DNA of 64,000 nt from an uncultured Candidatus Methanogranum sp. (GCA_964620455.1 CAZUIU010000004.1:111562-175561), one strand, 5' to 3'. Positions 53,700 through 63,637 are shown, numbered from the stretch's first letter. Numbers and translations are program-made. Notes: a model not told the origin generated them from the sequence alone.

Positions 53700-55631
53700 G
53701 TGGGAGCTATAAGGCTGGGAAAGAATCATCTGAGATGGTGTAATGAATGCAATCTGCCCATAATGGAAAGGGAAAAATGTCCCGTATGTGGATCGTATAC
53801 GGTTGTTACCGAACTGACCCCCCCAGCAGATGCCAGACCGGCCTTTGAGAGCGATATAGTACGTATAAGGGATCTGATTGATCGCAACTTCGGGGAGGGT
53901 GCAGGCATGCACATTATACCCGAGGGTCACATAGTCATACTCAACAAATGTCCTGCCATAGACCGCATGGATGAGGTACTGGTCGACGGACGCGTCATGG
54001 GAACCATGAGATATGACATAGGGAGAGGTTGGCAGTTCCTGATGCGCATACAGGGCGCCATGCGTCTCCGCGGAAAACTCAGCAGAGGTTACGTTGTATG
54101 CGACCCCGGTGCCGTGAAATTCCTGCACGAAAGCAAAAATCTGATGGCCCCTGGCGTCCTAGATGCCCATCCTGACATCAAGGAAGGAGACGAAGTCATA
54201 ATTGTGGACCCTGAATCCAACATAGTAGCCACAGGTCTGGCGAAGATGACTGCATCAGAGATGCTCAAGCATGAGAAAGGCGTGGGAGTAAAGACAAGAT
54301 GGTACAAACCAGAGGAGTTCATAGAACCAGGCCAGACTCACACATGGGACGATGTGGTGAACGCGAACAGAGATGTCATGGAAAGTAGAATCACAGAAGC
54401 TATGGGTTTCATGAGGAACACGATGGCGAAATACGATATCCCAGCAGTCGTCTCGTTCTCCGGTGGAAAGGATTCACTTGCCACTTTGCTACTGTCTGTA
54501 GATGCGGGATTGAATCTGCCTGCAATGTTCGTGGATACTGGTCTCGAGTTCAATGAGACGACCGAACACGTTCATGATGTCTGCAAGAGACACGACGTTA
54601 AACTAATAGAAGAGAAGGCTCCGGTGGATGCCTTCTTCGGAAACCTTGTCCAGTTCGGTCCACCTGCAAAAGACTTCAGATGGTGCTGCAAAACCAACAA
54701 ACTGGGCCCCATGGTCGCTGCTATCACCAAGAACTTCCCAAACGGAGTACTATCATTCATCGGACAACGTAAATATGAATCAGAGGCGAGAAACGCAAAA
54801 CCACGCATATGGGAGAATCCTTGGACCCCTGGACAAATAGGTGCCTCGGCAATACAGAACTGGAGCGCCATGCATGTCTGGCTCTACATATTCATGAAAA
54901 AAGAACCGTACAATGTCTGGTACACGAGAGGTCTAGACAGAATAGGCTGTTTCCTCTGCCCCGCATCGGACCTTGCAGAATTCGATATAGTCAGATCCGC
55001 CGATAGATACGGACAGTGGGACACTTTCCTCGACGAGTACATGGTAAAGAACGGCCTCCCGTCTGAATGGAAGGAGTACGGCCTTTGGAGATGGAAATCT
55101 GCACCGCAATCTATACGTGATGAGATCGAAAGAATCACCGGTAACAGCGTTCCGGAACTCACCAGGAAAAGATTAGTCCATGAAGAAGGACCAGTTAGCA
55201 TCAAAGTACAGGAAGGGTACTCCCCATGTACAATGGGATACAGCATAGAGGCTGCATTGTCAAGGCCAATCGACCTTCACAAACTAAAGCCGTTCACCCA
55301 TGCACTGGGCTGGGTGATCAACCACAACGAGGAGGAGAACTACCTCGAAGCAGATTACGTCACATTCTACGGCGATGGTGCGATAATATCAAAGGCCTTC
55401 GTCGAGAACGATGCACGTCAACACATGGATGAGGCATTCCAACTTGTTGTGCGTTCAGAACAATGTGTGGGATGCGGACTCTGCGTCGCCAGATGCAAAG
55501 CTGGTGCCCTCTACATAGAAAACGGTAAAGTAGCTATACATGAGGATATGTGTATATTCTGCAAGGATTGTTTCGGACCCTGCCCTGCAGTGAAATTCGG
55601 AGCCGACAATTCGGAATCCTTCGATCAATGA
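53700..55631 (+). CDS. Zn-ribbon + PUA + PAPS-reductase-like PP-loop ATPase + 2x[4Fe-4S] ferredoxin multidomain protein
   Basis: The zinc ribbon is 'CNECNLPIMEREKCPVCG'. A PUA-like region follows. The PP-loop is 'VVSFSGGKDSLATLLL'. The C-terminal clusters are 'CVGCGLCVARC' and 'CIFCKDCFGPCP'. The start must be non-ATG: GTG 53700, 9 nt after the SD 'GTGAGGAG', or TTG 53691. Confidence 0.65.
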   Translation: MGAIRLGKNHLRWCNECNLPIMEREKCPVCGSYTVVTELTPPADARPAFESDIVRIRDLIDRNFGEGAGMHIIPEGHIVILNKCPAIDRMDEVLVDGRVMGTMRYDIGRGWQFLMRIQGAMRLRGKLSRGYVVCDPGAVKFLHESKNLMAPGVLDAHPDIKEGDEVIIVDPESNIVATGLAKMTASEMLKHEKGVGVKTRWYKPEEFIEPGQTHTWDDVVNANRDVMESRITEAMGFMRNTMAKYDIPAVVSFSGGKDSLATLLLSVDAGLNLPAMFVDTGLEFNETTEHVHDVCKRHDVKLIEEKAPVDAFFGNLVQFGPPAKDFRWCCKTNKLGPMVAAITKNFPNGVLSFIGQRKYESEARNAKPRIWENPWTPGQIGASAIQNWSAMHVWLYIFMKKEPYNVWYTRGLDRIGCFLCPASDLAEFDIVRSADRYGQWDTFLDEYMVKNGLPSEWKEYGLWRWKSAPQSIRDEIERITGNSVPELTRKRLVHEEGPVSIKVQEGYSPCTMGYSIEAALSRPIDLHKLKPFTHALGWVINHNEEENYLEADYVTFYGDGAIISKAFVENDARQHMDEAFQLVVRSEQCVGCGLCVARCKAGALYIENGKVAIHEDMCIFCKDCFGPCPAVKFGADNSESFDQ

Positions 55632-55706
55632 ACCTGGTATCCCGAGTACATTACCTATAAACTGCGAAGAACAGATAAATAAACAAGCCTCCATTGAGGT
55701 TACCAT

Positions 55707-56393
55707 ATGATGAGGATTGATCCCGACGACCTTAAAGCAGTCATGGAACGCGACCCTGCCATAATAGACAAGGCTGACGCCATCAAATTCCACACAGGCC
55801 TCCGCGCCGTGACGATGTACAGGCGTAGCCATGATCTGTGGCTCCAAGGGAAGTACATGAAAGCCAGGAAGATCAATTTCAAAGCACACCGGGAAACTGG
55901 ATGCGACATACACCCCGGAGCGACGATTGGGAAAGGATTTTTCATAGACCACGCAACTGGAGTGGTGATAGGGGAGACGGCCATAATAGGAGACAATGTC
56001 ACACTGTACCAAGGGGTGACATTGGGAGGAGTGTCCGCCAGTAAGGGCAAGAGACACCCCACCCTCGGCAACAACATCGTATGCGGAGCCAACTCAACCG
56101 TCCTGGGAGACATAGATATAGGAGACAACGTCAGGATAGGGGCGGGATCCGTCGTGGTCAAGAACGTACCCCCCAACTGCACCGTGGTCGGTGTCCCAGG
56201 AAAGATAGTGACCAAAGACGGCGTGAAACACGATCCATTAAGACACAACGACCTGCCGGACTGCTTCTCCGAGTGCATCCAGCAACTCGAAGAAAAGATC
56301 CGTATCCTGCAGGAAGATGTGACAAAACTACAGAAGAGATCTGAAACCGACAACTCCGGACAGACAGATGATAAAGAAAACAGGAAAGGATGA
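55707..56393 (+). CDS. cysE: serine O-acetyltransferase
   Basis: The hexapeptide-repeat core is 'IHPGATIGKGFFIDHATGVVIGETAIIGDNVTLYQGVTLGG'. There is an extra helical/charged C-terminal tail of about 45 aa. Confidence 0.85.
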   Translation: MMRIDPDDLKAVMERDPAIIDKADAIKFHTGLRAVTMYRRSHDLWLQGKYMKARKINFKAHRETGCDIHPGATIGKGFFIDHATGVVIGETAIIGDNVTLYQGVTLGGVSASKGKRHPTLGNNIVCGANSTVLGDIDIGDNVRIGAGSVVVKNVPPNCTVVGVPGKIVTKDGVKHDPLRHNDLPDCFSECIQQLEEKIRILQEDVTKLQKRSETDNSGQTDDKENRKG

Positions 56394-57820
56394 TGATGTC
56401 CCTCAGAATACACAACAACCTCACTAACAAAAAAGAGGATTTCGTTCCGTTGGAACCCGGTAAAGTAAGTATGTATGTATGCGGTGTCACGGTTTACGAT
56501 GACATACACATGGGACATGCCAGAAGCATGGTCGTCTTCGATATGGTGGCCAAATATCTAAGATACTCCGGGTACAAGGTGACCCACGTCACCAACTTCA
56601 CCGATGTCGATGACAAAATCATTATTAAGGCTAACAGGGAGGGCATCGAACCCCTCGAACTATCTGCTAGATACATAGAGGAATACTTCAAAGATGCTGC
56701 CAAACTAGGTGTAGGAAAAGCCGATGTGTATCCAAAGGCCAGCGAAAGCATGGATGATATAATGTCCATGGTCGGCAAGATAATCGAAAACGGTTACGGT
56801 TACACCACACCCGACGGCAGCGTCTATTTCGCCGTTAGGAAAAAACAGGATTACGGTAAACTCTCCAACAGAAAACTTGAGGATATGGAATCCTCAGGCC
56901 GCATCTCACAGGACGAACAGAAAAAGGACCCGCTGGATTTCGCCATATGGAAAGCCGCCAAACCCGAGGAGAACTGCAGCTGGAACTCCCCGTGGGGAGA
57001 AGGCAGACCTGGATGGCACATAGAGTGCTCAGCCATGATAAAACATCATCTCGGAGATACCATAGACATCCATGGCGGAGGAAACGATTTGATATTCCCT
57101 CACCATGAAAACGAGATCCTTCAGTCGGAAGCCGCCAATGGAAAACCTCTGGCGAACTACTGGATACACAACGGCATGTTGCAGGTGAAAGGCGTCGGTA
57201 ACTCCAAAGAGGAAAAGATGTCCAAATCACTCGGTAACTTCTTTAGAGTCAAAGACGTGGCTGAGAAATTCGACAAATACGCCATGCGTTTCTACTTCCT
57301 TAACACACACTACAGCAGTCCCCTTGTATACGGAGAGGATATGCTGGAGGAAGCCAAGAACTCCCTGGACAGACTTTGGAACAACTTCCGTGACTTGCAG
57401 TCTTATTCCAGGAATGGCCCGGAAGGGGAGCCTCAGATGCCTAGTCTGATAGACGAGCACAGGGCCGCATTCAAAGATGCTATGGATGATGATTTCAACA
57501 CCCGTTCCGCCATAGAGGACATATTCCAACTCGCACGTACCACAAACAAGGCCATGGGAGAACGTTCCATGACCAGGTCCGATGCAGAATCCGCTCTGAC
57601 AGTGCTAAAGGAATTCGATACGATACTCGGCATAATGCCAGAGGACGAGGATACCGTGGATGACGATTTCAATGCAGTCATGAATATAATAATAGATCTT
57701 CGCAAAGAGCTCAGAACCAGGAAACAGTACGATCTGGCAGATCAGATAAGGGACAGACTGAAAGATACCGGTTTTGTTCTCGAGGATTCCACGGACGGTG
57801 TCAAATGGAAGAGAATTTGA
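56390..57820 (+). CDS. cysS: cysteinyl-tRNA synthetase
   Basis: The HIGH-type motif is 'HMGHARS', the KMSKS motif is 'KMSKSLGN', and the zinc-site region includes 'MYVCGVTVYD'. Confidence 0.9.
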   Translation: MMMSLRIHNNLTNKKEDFVPLEPGKVSMYVCGVTVYDDIHMGHARSMVVFDMVAKYLRYSGYKVTHVTNFTDVDDKIIIKANREGIEPLELSARYIEEYFKDAAKLGVGKADVYPKASESMDDIMSMVGKIIENGYGYTTPDGSVYFAVRKKQDYGKLSNRKLEDMESSGRISQDEQKKDPLDFAIWKAAKPEENCSWNSPWGEGRPGWHIECSAMIKHHLGDTIDIHGGGNDLIFPHHENEILQSEAANGKPLANYWIHNGMLQVKGVGNSKEEKMSKSLGNFFRVKDVAEKFDKYAMRFYFLNTHYSSPLVYGEDMLEEAKNSLDRLWNNFRDLQSYSRNGPEGEPQMPSLIDEHRAAFKDAMDDDFNTRSAIEDIFQLARTTNKAMGERSMTRSDAESALTVLKEFDTILGIMPEDEDTVDDDFNAVMNIIIDLRKELRTRKQYDLADQIRDRLKDTGFVLEDSTDGVKWKRI

Positions 57821-58836
57821 TAAGAAAAAAAGCAGAGCTCATACTGGGTGGTGCTGTCAAGATCCCTGAAGGATTCCAGTTCCCATTCAGGACCTCCCAT
57901 TCGACCGCAGGTCCTGGCGCAGGGTACGAATCGGCAGTATTCGCATTTGGAGATCTCAGGGTTAAAAAGGCCATATCCTATGATTCCGGAGACTTCGAAC
58001 TGATTCCACATGAGAATAGATACTCGTTATCTAAAAATGGAGAACTGTTTTTAGACAACGTCAGATTGATTCCTGTCGTGTTCCATTGTCCAGAACAGGC
58101 GTTCTTCAATCTTGATCAGAGATGCATATACAATTGTGCATACTGTGCATCACCCATGCTGGACAAGAGCACATTCAAAGGTATTACCGACCAATACATA
58201 GTAGAAGGAGTGGGAAAGGCTGTTTCTGAGAAAAAAATCGTCTCAGTATCTCTGACCAGTGGAGTCGTAGGTTCAGTCGATGAAACCGTGTCCAGATTTG
58301 TATCCTGTATAAAATCTATCCGTGAAAAGTTCCCGGACATACCCATAGGCGTGGAACCCTATATTTCTGAAAAGAAACATATCATGATGCTCAAAGAAGC
58401 GGGAGCGAATGAGATAAAACTTAATCTGGAATCGTCTGACAAGAACGTATTCCAGAAGGTATGCCCTGAATTGGATTACGACTCCATATGGGATATGTTG
58501 TCATTCGCAGTTGATGTATTCGGAAAGGGAATGGTTAGCTCGAATATAATCTTCGGTATGGGAGAGACTGATGAGAACATAAGAACGTGCTTCGATAAAC
58601 TGTCTTCCATGGGGGTGGTGCCCACAGCTAGGGCCATCAGATGGAATACCATGAACCGCAATAATCTTGAAAAGGCCATAGGCAAACAACCGTACGTGAC
58701 TCCCGAACGTATGATCCGTATCGCAGAGATGCAGATGGACTCTCTGAAGAAGCACGGACTGGATACCAGACATCTACACACCATGTGTGTAGAATGCACA
58801 TGTTGTGACATAGTACCTTTCAGAGACATAGTGTGA
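57805..58836 (+). CDS. radical SAM protein (subfamily not recognised)
   Basis: 'CIYNCAYC' is the CX3CX2C cluster motif. The gene overlaps the cysS 3' end by 16 nt. Confidence 0.65.
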   Translation: MEENLIRKKAELILGGAVKIPEGFQFPFRTSHSTAGPGAGYESAVFAFGDLRVKKAISYDSGDFELIPHENRYSLSKNGELFLDNVRLIPVVFHCPEQAFFNLDQRCIYNCAYCASPMLDKSTFKGITDQYIVEGVGKAVSEKKIVSVSLTSGVVGSVDETVSRFVSCIKSIREKFPDIPIGVEPYISEKKHIMMLKEAGANEIKLNLESSDKNVFQKVCPELDYDSIWDMLSFAVDVFGKGMVSSNIIFGMGETDENIRTCFDKLSSMGVVPTARAIRWNTMNRNNLEKAIGKQPYVTPERMIRIAEMQMDSLKKHGLDTRHLHTMCVECTCCDIVPFRDIV

Positions 58837-58924
58837 ATAATCAGACGATCAGTGAATAGTACAGATTTTCGATGTTTTTAATAACAATGTATACATTCGG
58901 CATCCAACTTGCTAGAGTGATATT

Positions 58925-60370
58925 ATGAGTTCAGCAGATACAGCCAGCGATGCCATAGGCATATTCAACACATATGCCTGGTATATCGCATTCATTTTCT
59001 TGATAGGTCTCGGCCTATATTTTGCATACAGACTGAAGGGTGAGCAGATCACCCAAATAAAGGAATCCAGTAAACTAGCTTTCACAATCAAAAGTGACAG
59101 TGAAAAAACAGACCACATCTCATCTTTCGAAGCATTCTGCGTAGGTCTGGGTGCCCGTATAGGCGTAGGTAACATAGCCGGTGTGGCCACAGCCATCGTC
59201 CTAGGAGGGCCAGGTGCGGTTTTCTGGATGTGGATATTCGCAATAATCGGTGCTGGAACGAGTTTTATGGAATGCACCCTGGGACAGATATTCAAGGAAA
59301 GGAAATCCGACGGACTATTCCATGGAGGGCCTGCTTATTACATAAAGAACGGCCTTCACAGGAAATATTACTCCCTCCTGTTGGCATTTATGGTCATAGC
59401 ACTCTATGGTATCGGGTTCATCGGAGTCCAGGCTTCCAACGCAACCGATGCCTTCACGAACGCTTTCGACTTCGAAAACAACCAGCTGATAATAGCCATA
59501 TTGATCACAATCGCCGCGGCTGCGATAATATTTGGTGGCATAAGGCGTGTGGCCAAGGCATCAACCAAGATCGTTCCAGTAATGGCCCTCATGTGGATGA
59601 TCATAGCCATAGTAGCGATAATCAGCAACATAAGCGGTATAGGCAACGCATTCAACATGATCTTCGAGGGAGCATTCGGAGTAAAAGAATTCGTAGCCGG
59701 AGGAATGGGTATGGCAATCATGATGGGATTGAAGAGAGGAGTGTTCTCCAATGAGGCAGGAATAGGGTCCATACCTAATGTGGCATCCTCTGCACATGTG
59801 AAACATCCTGTCAAACAGGGACTCATACAATCTTTAGGAGTTCTCATAGACACCCTTGTTGTGTGTTCCGCTACCGCTTTCGTCATACTGACATACGGCA
59901 GCTTCGATCAAATCGTATCCGTGGCATCCGATGGAGGAGCACCTCTCGTACAGGGTATCCTCAACGAAGGATTCCTGGGAAGTCTCGCACCAGCGATATT
60001 GGCAGTGTTCATGATAGTATTCGCCTTCAGCAGCCTGATAGGATACTATTCCATGTGTGAAGCCAACACCAAATTCATATCCGACAGCCCTATCGCAACA
60101 AAACTGATACGTGTGATAATCATTGCTGTCGTGTTCATCTCCTCCATGATACCTTTGACACTCATGTGGGATCTCTGTGATGCACTCATGGCAGTCATGG
60201 GTGTTCTGAACATGCTTGCGGTTGGAATGTTGTCAAAATATGCATTCAGACTGTACAAGGACTACAGAGCACAGAGGAAAGCCGGTATAGAGACACCTGA
60301 ATTCAACTTGGAGTCCGATGTCCTGGAAGGCATGGATGTAAGCGGCATAACCTGTTGGAACAAAGAGTGA
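58925..60370 (+). CDS. alanine/glycine:cation symporter (AGCS family)
   Basis: Conserved blocks are 'VGNIAGVATAIVLGGPGAVFWMW' and 'FSNEAGIGS'. There are about 11 TM segments. Confidence 0.85.
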   Translation: MSSADTASDAIGIFNTYAWYIAFIFLIGLGLYFAYRLKGEQITQIKESSKLAFTIKSDSEKTDHISSFEAFCVGLGARIGVGNIAGVATAIVLGGPGAVFWMWIFAIIGAGTSFMECTLGQIFKERKSDGLFHGGPAYYIKNGLHRKYYSLLLAFMVIALYGIGFIGVQASNATDAFTNAFDFENNQLIIAILITIAAAAIIFGGIRRVAKASTKIVPVMALMWMIIAIVAIISNISGIGNAFNMIFEGAFGVKEFVAGGMGMAIMMGLKRGVFSNEAGIGSIPNVASSAHVKHPVKQGLIQSLGVLIDTLVVCSATAFVILTYGSFDQIVSVASDGGAPLVQGILNEGFLGSLAPAILAVFMIVFAFSSLIGYYSMCEANTKFISDSPIATKLIRVIIIAVVFISSMIPLTLMWDLCDALMAVMGVLNMLAVGMLSKYAFRLYKDYRAQRKAGIETPEFNLESDVLEGMDVSGITCWNKE

Positions 60371-60381
60371 GGATCTTAAGA

Positions 60382-61299
60382 TCATCTGTCCAACCTGGAT
60401 TTAACCAGGTCGGACAGTTCACATGCCTTGCACCTCGAACCTAACGTCGGCTCACCACAGGAACACATGTGGAGTTCGGCAGCGGGAAAACGATCCACCA
60501 GCATCGGACGTATCTGATCATATGATGACAGTATGCTGAATCTGGAACCAGGGGACCTGGTCTCCAGATCATCCACCACATCCCTGTACTGATTTCTAAG
60601 AGCCTCCTGCCAATAGGGACACTCTCCGTCCCAGAAGGATATTCCTGAGACCAATGCATAGAGCAGGGATTCCTTCTCCGGGATCATCCTGAGAGGATGG
60701 AATCTGGGCACCAGACCAGGTTGCACCTTGGTATGCGGTCCAAGCCTTGCCAACCTCTCCATATCCCCACGTACGAAGTTCATCATGATCGATTGAGCCA
60801 TATCATCCAGATTATGACCCGTAGCAAGAAAACGCGCCCCCATATTCCGAGCCTCATCATTCATGAGTTTACGCCTGAAGACACCACAGTACGTACATGG
60901 GCTGTTCTCCCCCGACACAGGGGCAACATCATCCATCTCCACCCCAAGCTCGGAGAACGAACGCACATGCCATTCTATGTCTCTCTCCTCACAGAATTTT
61001 TTAACGATATCCAGACTGGGGGGCCTGTATCCTTTGATACCTTCATCTATGGATATCGCACAGACATCTACATCTCTTCTCTCACCGAAAACGGATTGTA
61101 GCATATGCAGGGTGACCATACTGTCCTTTCCACCAGAGACCGCCACAGCTATCCTGTCACCCGATTGGACGTCTATCTGCTTCCTTATCTCCTTCTTCAC
61201 CCTCCTCTCGACATATCTCATGAAATGGTCCGAACAAAGATGGGAACCGTTGTAACGTATGAATGTGACCGCCTCATGGTCGCAGATATCGCATTTCAT
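60382..61299 (-). CDS. PP-loop tRNA 2-thiolation protein (TtuA/NcsA-like)
   Basis: The N-terminal Zn finger is 'CDICD...HLCSDH', the PP-loop is 'IAVAVSGGKDS', the central motif is 'PCTYCG', and the C-terminal motif is 'CSCG...CKAC'. Confidence 0.75.
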   Translation of the reverse strand: MKCDICDHEAVTFIRYNGSHLCSDHFMRYVERRVKKEIRKQIDVQSGDRIAVAVSGGKDSMVTLHMLQSVFGERRDVDVCAISIDEGIKGYRPPSLDIVKKFCEERDIEWHVRSFSELGVEMDDVAPVSGENSPCTYCGVFRRKLMNDEARNMGARFLATGHNLDDMAQSIMMNFVRGDMERLARLGPHTKVQPGLVPRFHPLRMIPEKESLLYALVSGISFWDGECPYWQEALRNQYRDVVDDLETRSPGSRFSILSSYDQIRPMLVDRFPAAELHMCSCGEPTLGSRCKACELSDLVKSRLDR

Positions 61300-61305
61300 C
61301 TCATC

Positions 61306-62487
61306 TCACCACCCATACTCATCGGTCGATTGAGGAGTATCAAGAAGATACTCCAGTTTCTTGGCCAGCTCCTTGGGAGGTATGTTAGGTATCGAGATAT
61401 ATGTGACCCTTCCGCCTTCCATCTCGCTTCTGACCTCCGTCGAGAGTATCCCGCTGTGCTCCATATCCTGTACATAGGTCCAGAACTGCGTGTGCTTCCT
61501 TGCGGGGTGTTCGTATTCCTCACAGACTATCGCATATGTCTTTTCGGCAGCCGTTATGCTTACATACGTCTCGGATTTGATGGCACGGGATATAGCCAAC
61601 AATGCCAGTTTCCTGTTTATGTCCAGATCCCTCAATTTGTTCTCCGACACATCACTGTATATCATGGCATTGGCCGTACGTATATCATCAGCAGTTATAC
61701 GGCCATAATCCTCGGTCTCAGCTATAGATGCAGATTTATCTATGAGTTCTATGGCGAACCTCGCATCACCATACTGCGATGCTATGTCCGCAAGAAGGGA
61801 TATACCATCCTCGTCGATGGAACCGCTTACAAGCGCCTCCCCGACCCTCGTGGATATTATTTCCTTCAGATCGTTTTTGGAATAACGTTCGAACCTGACC
61901 GTGTTGGCACGTTTGAATGTAGACATAGATGCCTCATCCAAAAGCTCGGCCACAGACACTTGGGAGATCATTATGAGAGATATCGACGAGTTCTTCAGCT
62001 CATCATTCATCCTGGTCAACTGATAAACCAGGTTCCTGCTGTTGTTCTTCAGGAGCATATCCACTTCATCAAGGACGACCACCATCGGCCTAGCCCTGCT
62101 CTCCACATGAGTACGGAACGATCTCAACATCTCATCTGCAGAGAAACCCCTCTCTGGGAACCCTGGATCGAAATGCCTCACCGACTGCAGAAGGATCCCG
62201 TATTCAGTGTTCCTTATCCTGCAGTTGACGAATATGTAATCCATCAATATGCTATTCTTGGCGCAGTAGGCCGACATGTCCTCGCAGAAACGCCTAGCGG
62301 TGACAGTCTTTCCGGTACCGACCCCTCCAGATAGGAATGCTGAACAGGGACGACCCTCCGTGACCATAGGGCGGAATAGCATCTCCAACGATCCCATCTG
62401 CTCCTCCCTGTGAGGAAGTTCCCCCGGCACATATTCAAAAGACAGCTTTGAACCGTCCTTTATTATCGTGGAAACACGGTCGAACAT
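61306..62487 (-). CDS. cdc6: Orc1/Cdc6 replication initiator
   Basis: Conserved blocks are 'YVPGELPHREEQM', Walker A 'GGVGTGKTV', Walker B 'VVVLDEVD' and a C-terminal winged helix. Confidence 0.9.
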   Translation of the reverse strand: MFDRVSTIIKDGSKLSFEYVPGELPHREEQMGSLEMLFRPMVTEGRPCSAFLSGGVGTGKTVTARRFCEDMSAYCAKNSILMDYIFVNCRIRNTEYGILLQSVRHFDPGFPERGFSADEMLRSFRTHVESRARPMVVVLDEVDMLLKNNSRNLVYQLTRMNDELKNSSISLIMISQVSVAELLDEASMSTFKRANTVRFERYSKNDLKEIISTRVGEALVSGSIDEDGISLLADIASQYGDARFAIELIDKSASIAETEDYGRITADDIRTANAMIYSDVSENKLRDLDINRKLALLAISRAIKSETYVSITAAEKTYAIVCEEYEHPARKHTQFWTYVQDMEHSGILSTEVRSEMEGGRVTYISIPNIPPKELAKKLEYLLDTPQSTDEYGW

Positions 62488-62488
62488 C

Positions 62489-63451
62489 TCAATTCCTACT
62501 GAACCTTGTGAACCCAGAACAACCGAATACCTCTATTCCCTTCTTTTCCCATACATCACACATGAGGTTTATACCGAGGGAATCGGAAGCCATATGACCG
62601 GATATAACCACGTTTATGTTATGTTTCCTGCATTCCTCCAGATGATCCTCTGGAAAATGCATACCCACCACTGTACCCACACCAGCTATGGCTAGTTTCT
62701 CATACAGTTCCTTGGGTCCTGAAGTTCCTCCTGTCATCTTGGATATCACTTTGCCACAGCGTCCCTTGGCATCACCAACCACTATCTTAGGAGGATCGTT
62801 CAGTTTGGATGCCGTCTGGAATTCTGGCTCCTTCATCAGCCTATCGATTATGTCTCCGAGATATCTGGGTTCCGACTCCTCGAACATCTTACTCATGAAA
62901 CCCTGCACCATATTGTCCGCGGGACTGTGGACGTTAAACATCAACATTCCAAGGAGTTTCGCGGCATCGACCGGCTTATTGTAGTTAGACCCCATGACAT
63001 TACGTTTTACCTCCTCCATCCTAGGTCTCATTAGACCTTCCAGGATGTTTATCGGTACATTCGCATCATCATACATCCCGGTCTGCATCCACATGACCTC
63101 TGGGAAACATGTCCTGGACCTGCCAATAGGATGGTGCGCTACTACCGCGGAGATCTTCTCACCCTTCTCCTTCAGCCTATCCGCCAGAAGTATTTCGGAC
63201 GTATCTATGTCTATACCCCACATGAACCTCTCCGCCTCGGTCTCCTTGGCAATATCCTCTCCCCACATGAAACGTGAATCAGCATATGGATTCCAAAGTC
63301 TCTCCTGATCAAAATAAGGCTTCTTGTCCTCAGCAAGCTTATCATAATTGTCTTTGGAATCATTGAGTACCGACTCCACATCACCTTTGGGACGCGGATC
63401 GTTCTTCATTCCTGTCTCTATGGCCAGCTTATACGCCTCGTGAACATTCAT
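62489..63451 (-). CDS. NIF3 (DUF34)-like dinuclear-metal protein
   Basis: His-rich blocks are 'AVVAHHPIG', 'NVHSPADN' and 'ISGHMASDSLG', resembling NIF3 family metal ligands. Recognition is weak. Confidence 0.45.
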   Translation of the reverse strand: MNVHEAYKLAIETGMKNDPRPKGDVESVLNDSKDNYDKLAEDKKPYFDQERLWNPYADSRFMWGEDIAKETEAERFMWGIDIDTSEILLADRLKEKGEKISAVVAHHPIGRSRTCFPEVMWMQTGMYDDANVPINILEGLMRPRMEEVKRNVMGSNYNKPVDAAKLLGMLMFNVHSPADNMVQGFMSKMFEESEPRYLGDIIDRLMKEPEFQTASKLNDPPKIVVGDAKGRCGKVISKMTGGTSGPKELYEKLAIAGVGTVVGMHFPEDHLEECRKHNINVVISGHMASDSLGINLMCDVWEKKGIEVFGCSGFTRFSRN

Positions 63452-63637
63452 ATGCTACGGTATCCGCTTATCGCGTTTAATCTATTCTCGTCAACGGAAA
63501 CCGACGGACATGATACGAAAAAGGATGGGAAGACCACCATAGGTCATCCCCCTTGAATAACGGATCGTCAACTAGGATGGGACGTATTGCGACAGTTTAT
63601 AAACGATTGTTGACTATAGAGTAGCACGGTGTTAACA

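Noticed and set aside
53700-55631. DndC-like PAPS-reductase of a DNA phosphorothioation system
   Set aside because: There are no dndA/B/D/E or dptFGH neighbours. The PUA and zinc-ribbon N-terminus and the cysE/cysS context point to RNA or sulfur housekeeping instead.
55700-56518. 272-aa minus-strand ORF
   Set aside because: It is antisense to cysE, whose hexapeptide repeats are unmistakable on the plus strand. I recognise no motifs in it.
61105-62334. 409-aa plus-strand ORF, the longest unannotated ORF in the track
   Set aside because: It is entirely antisense to the well-supported cdc6 and ttuA-like genes. It is rich in L/R/Y/H, has no motif I recognise and crosses the junction between the two genes. 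This is a typical shadow ORF of a codon-biased region.
63452-63637. Replication origin (ORB repeats/DUE) near cdc6
   Set aside because: The spacer is not AT-rich. It has only two 8-nt direct repeats and one short inverted copy, and nothing resembling long ORB elements. Eye inspection cannot support an origin call.
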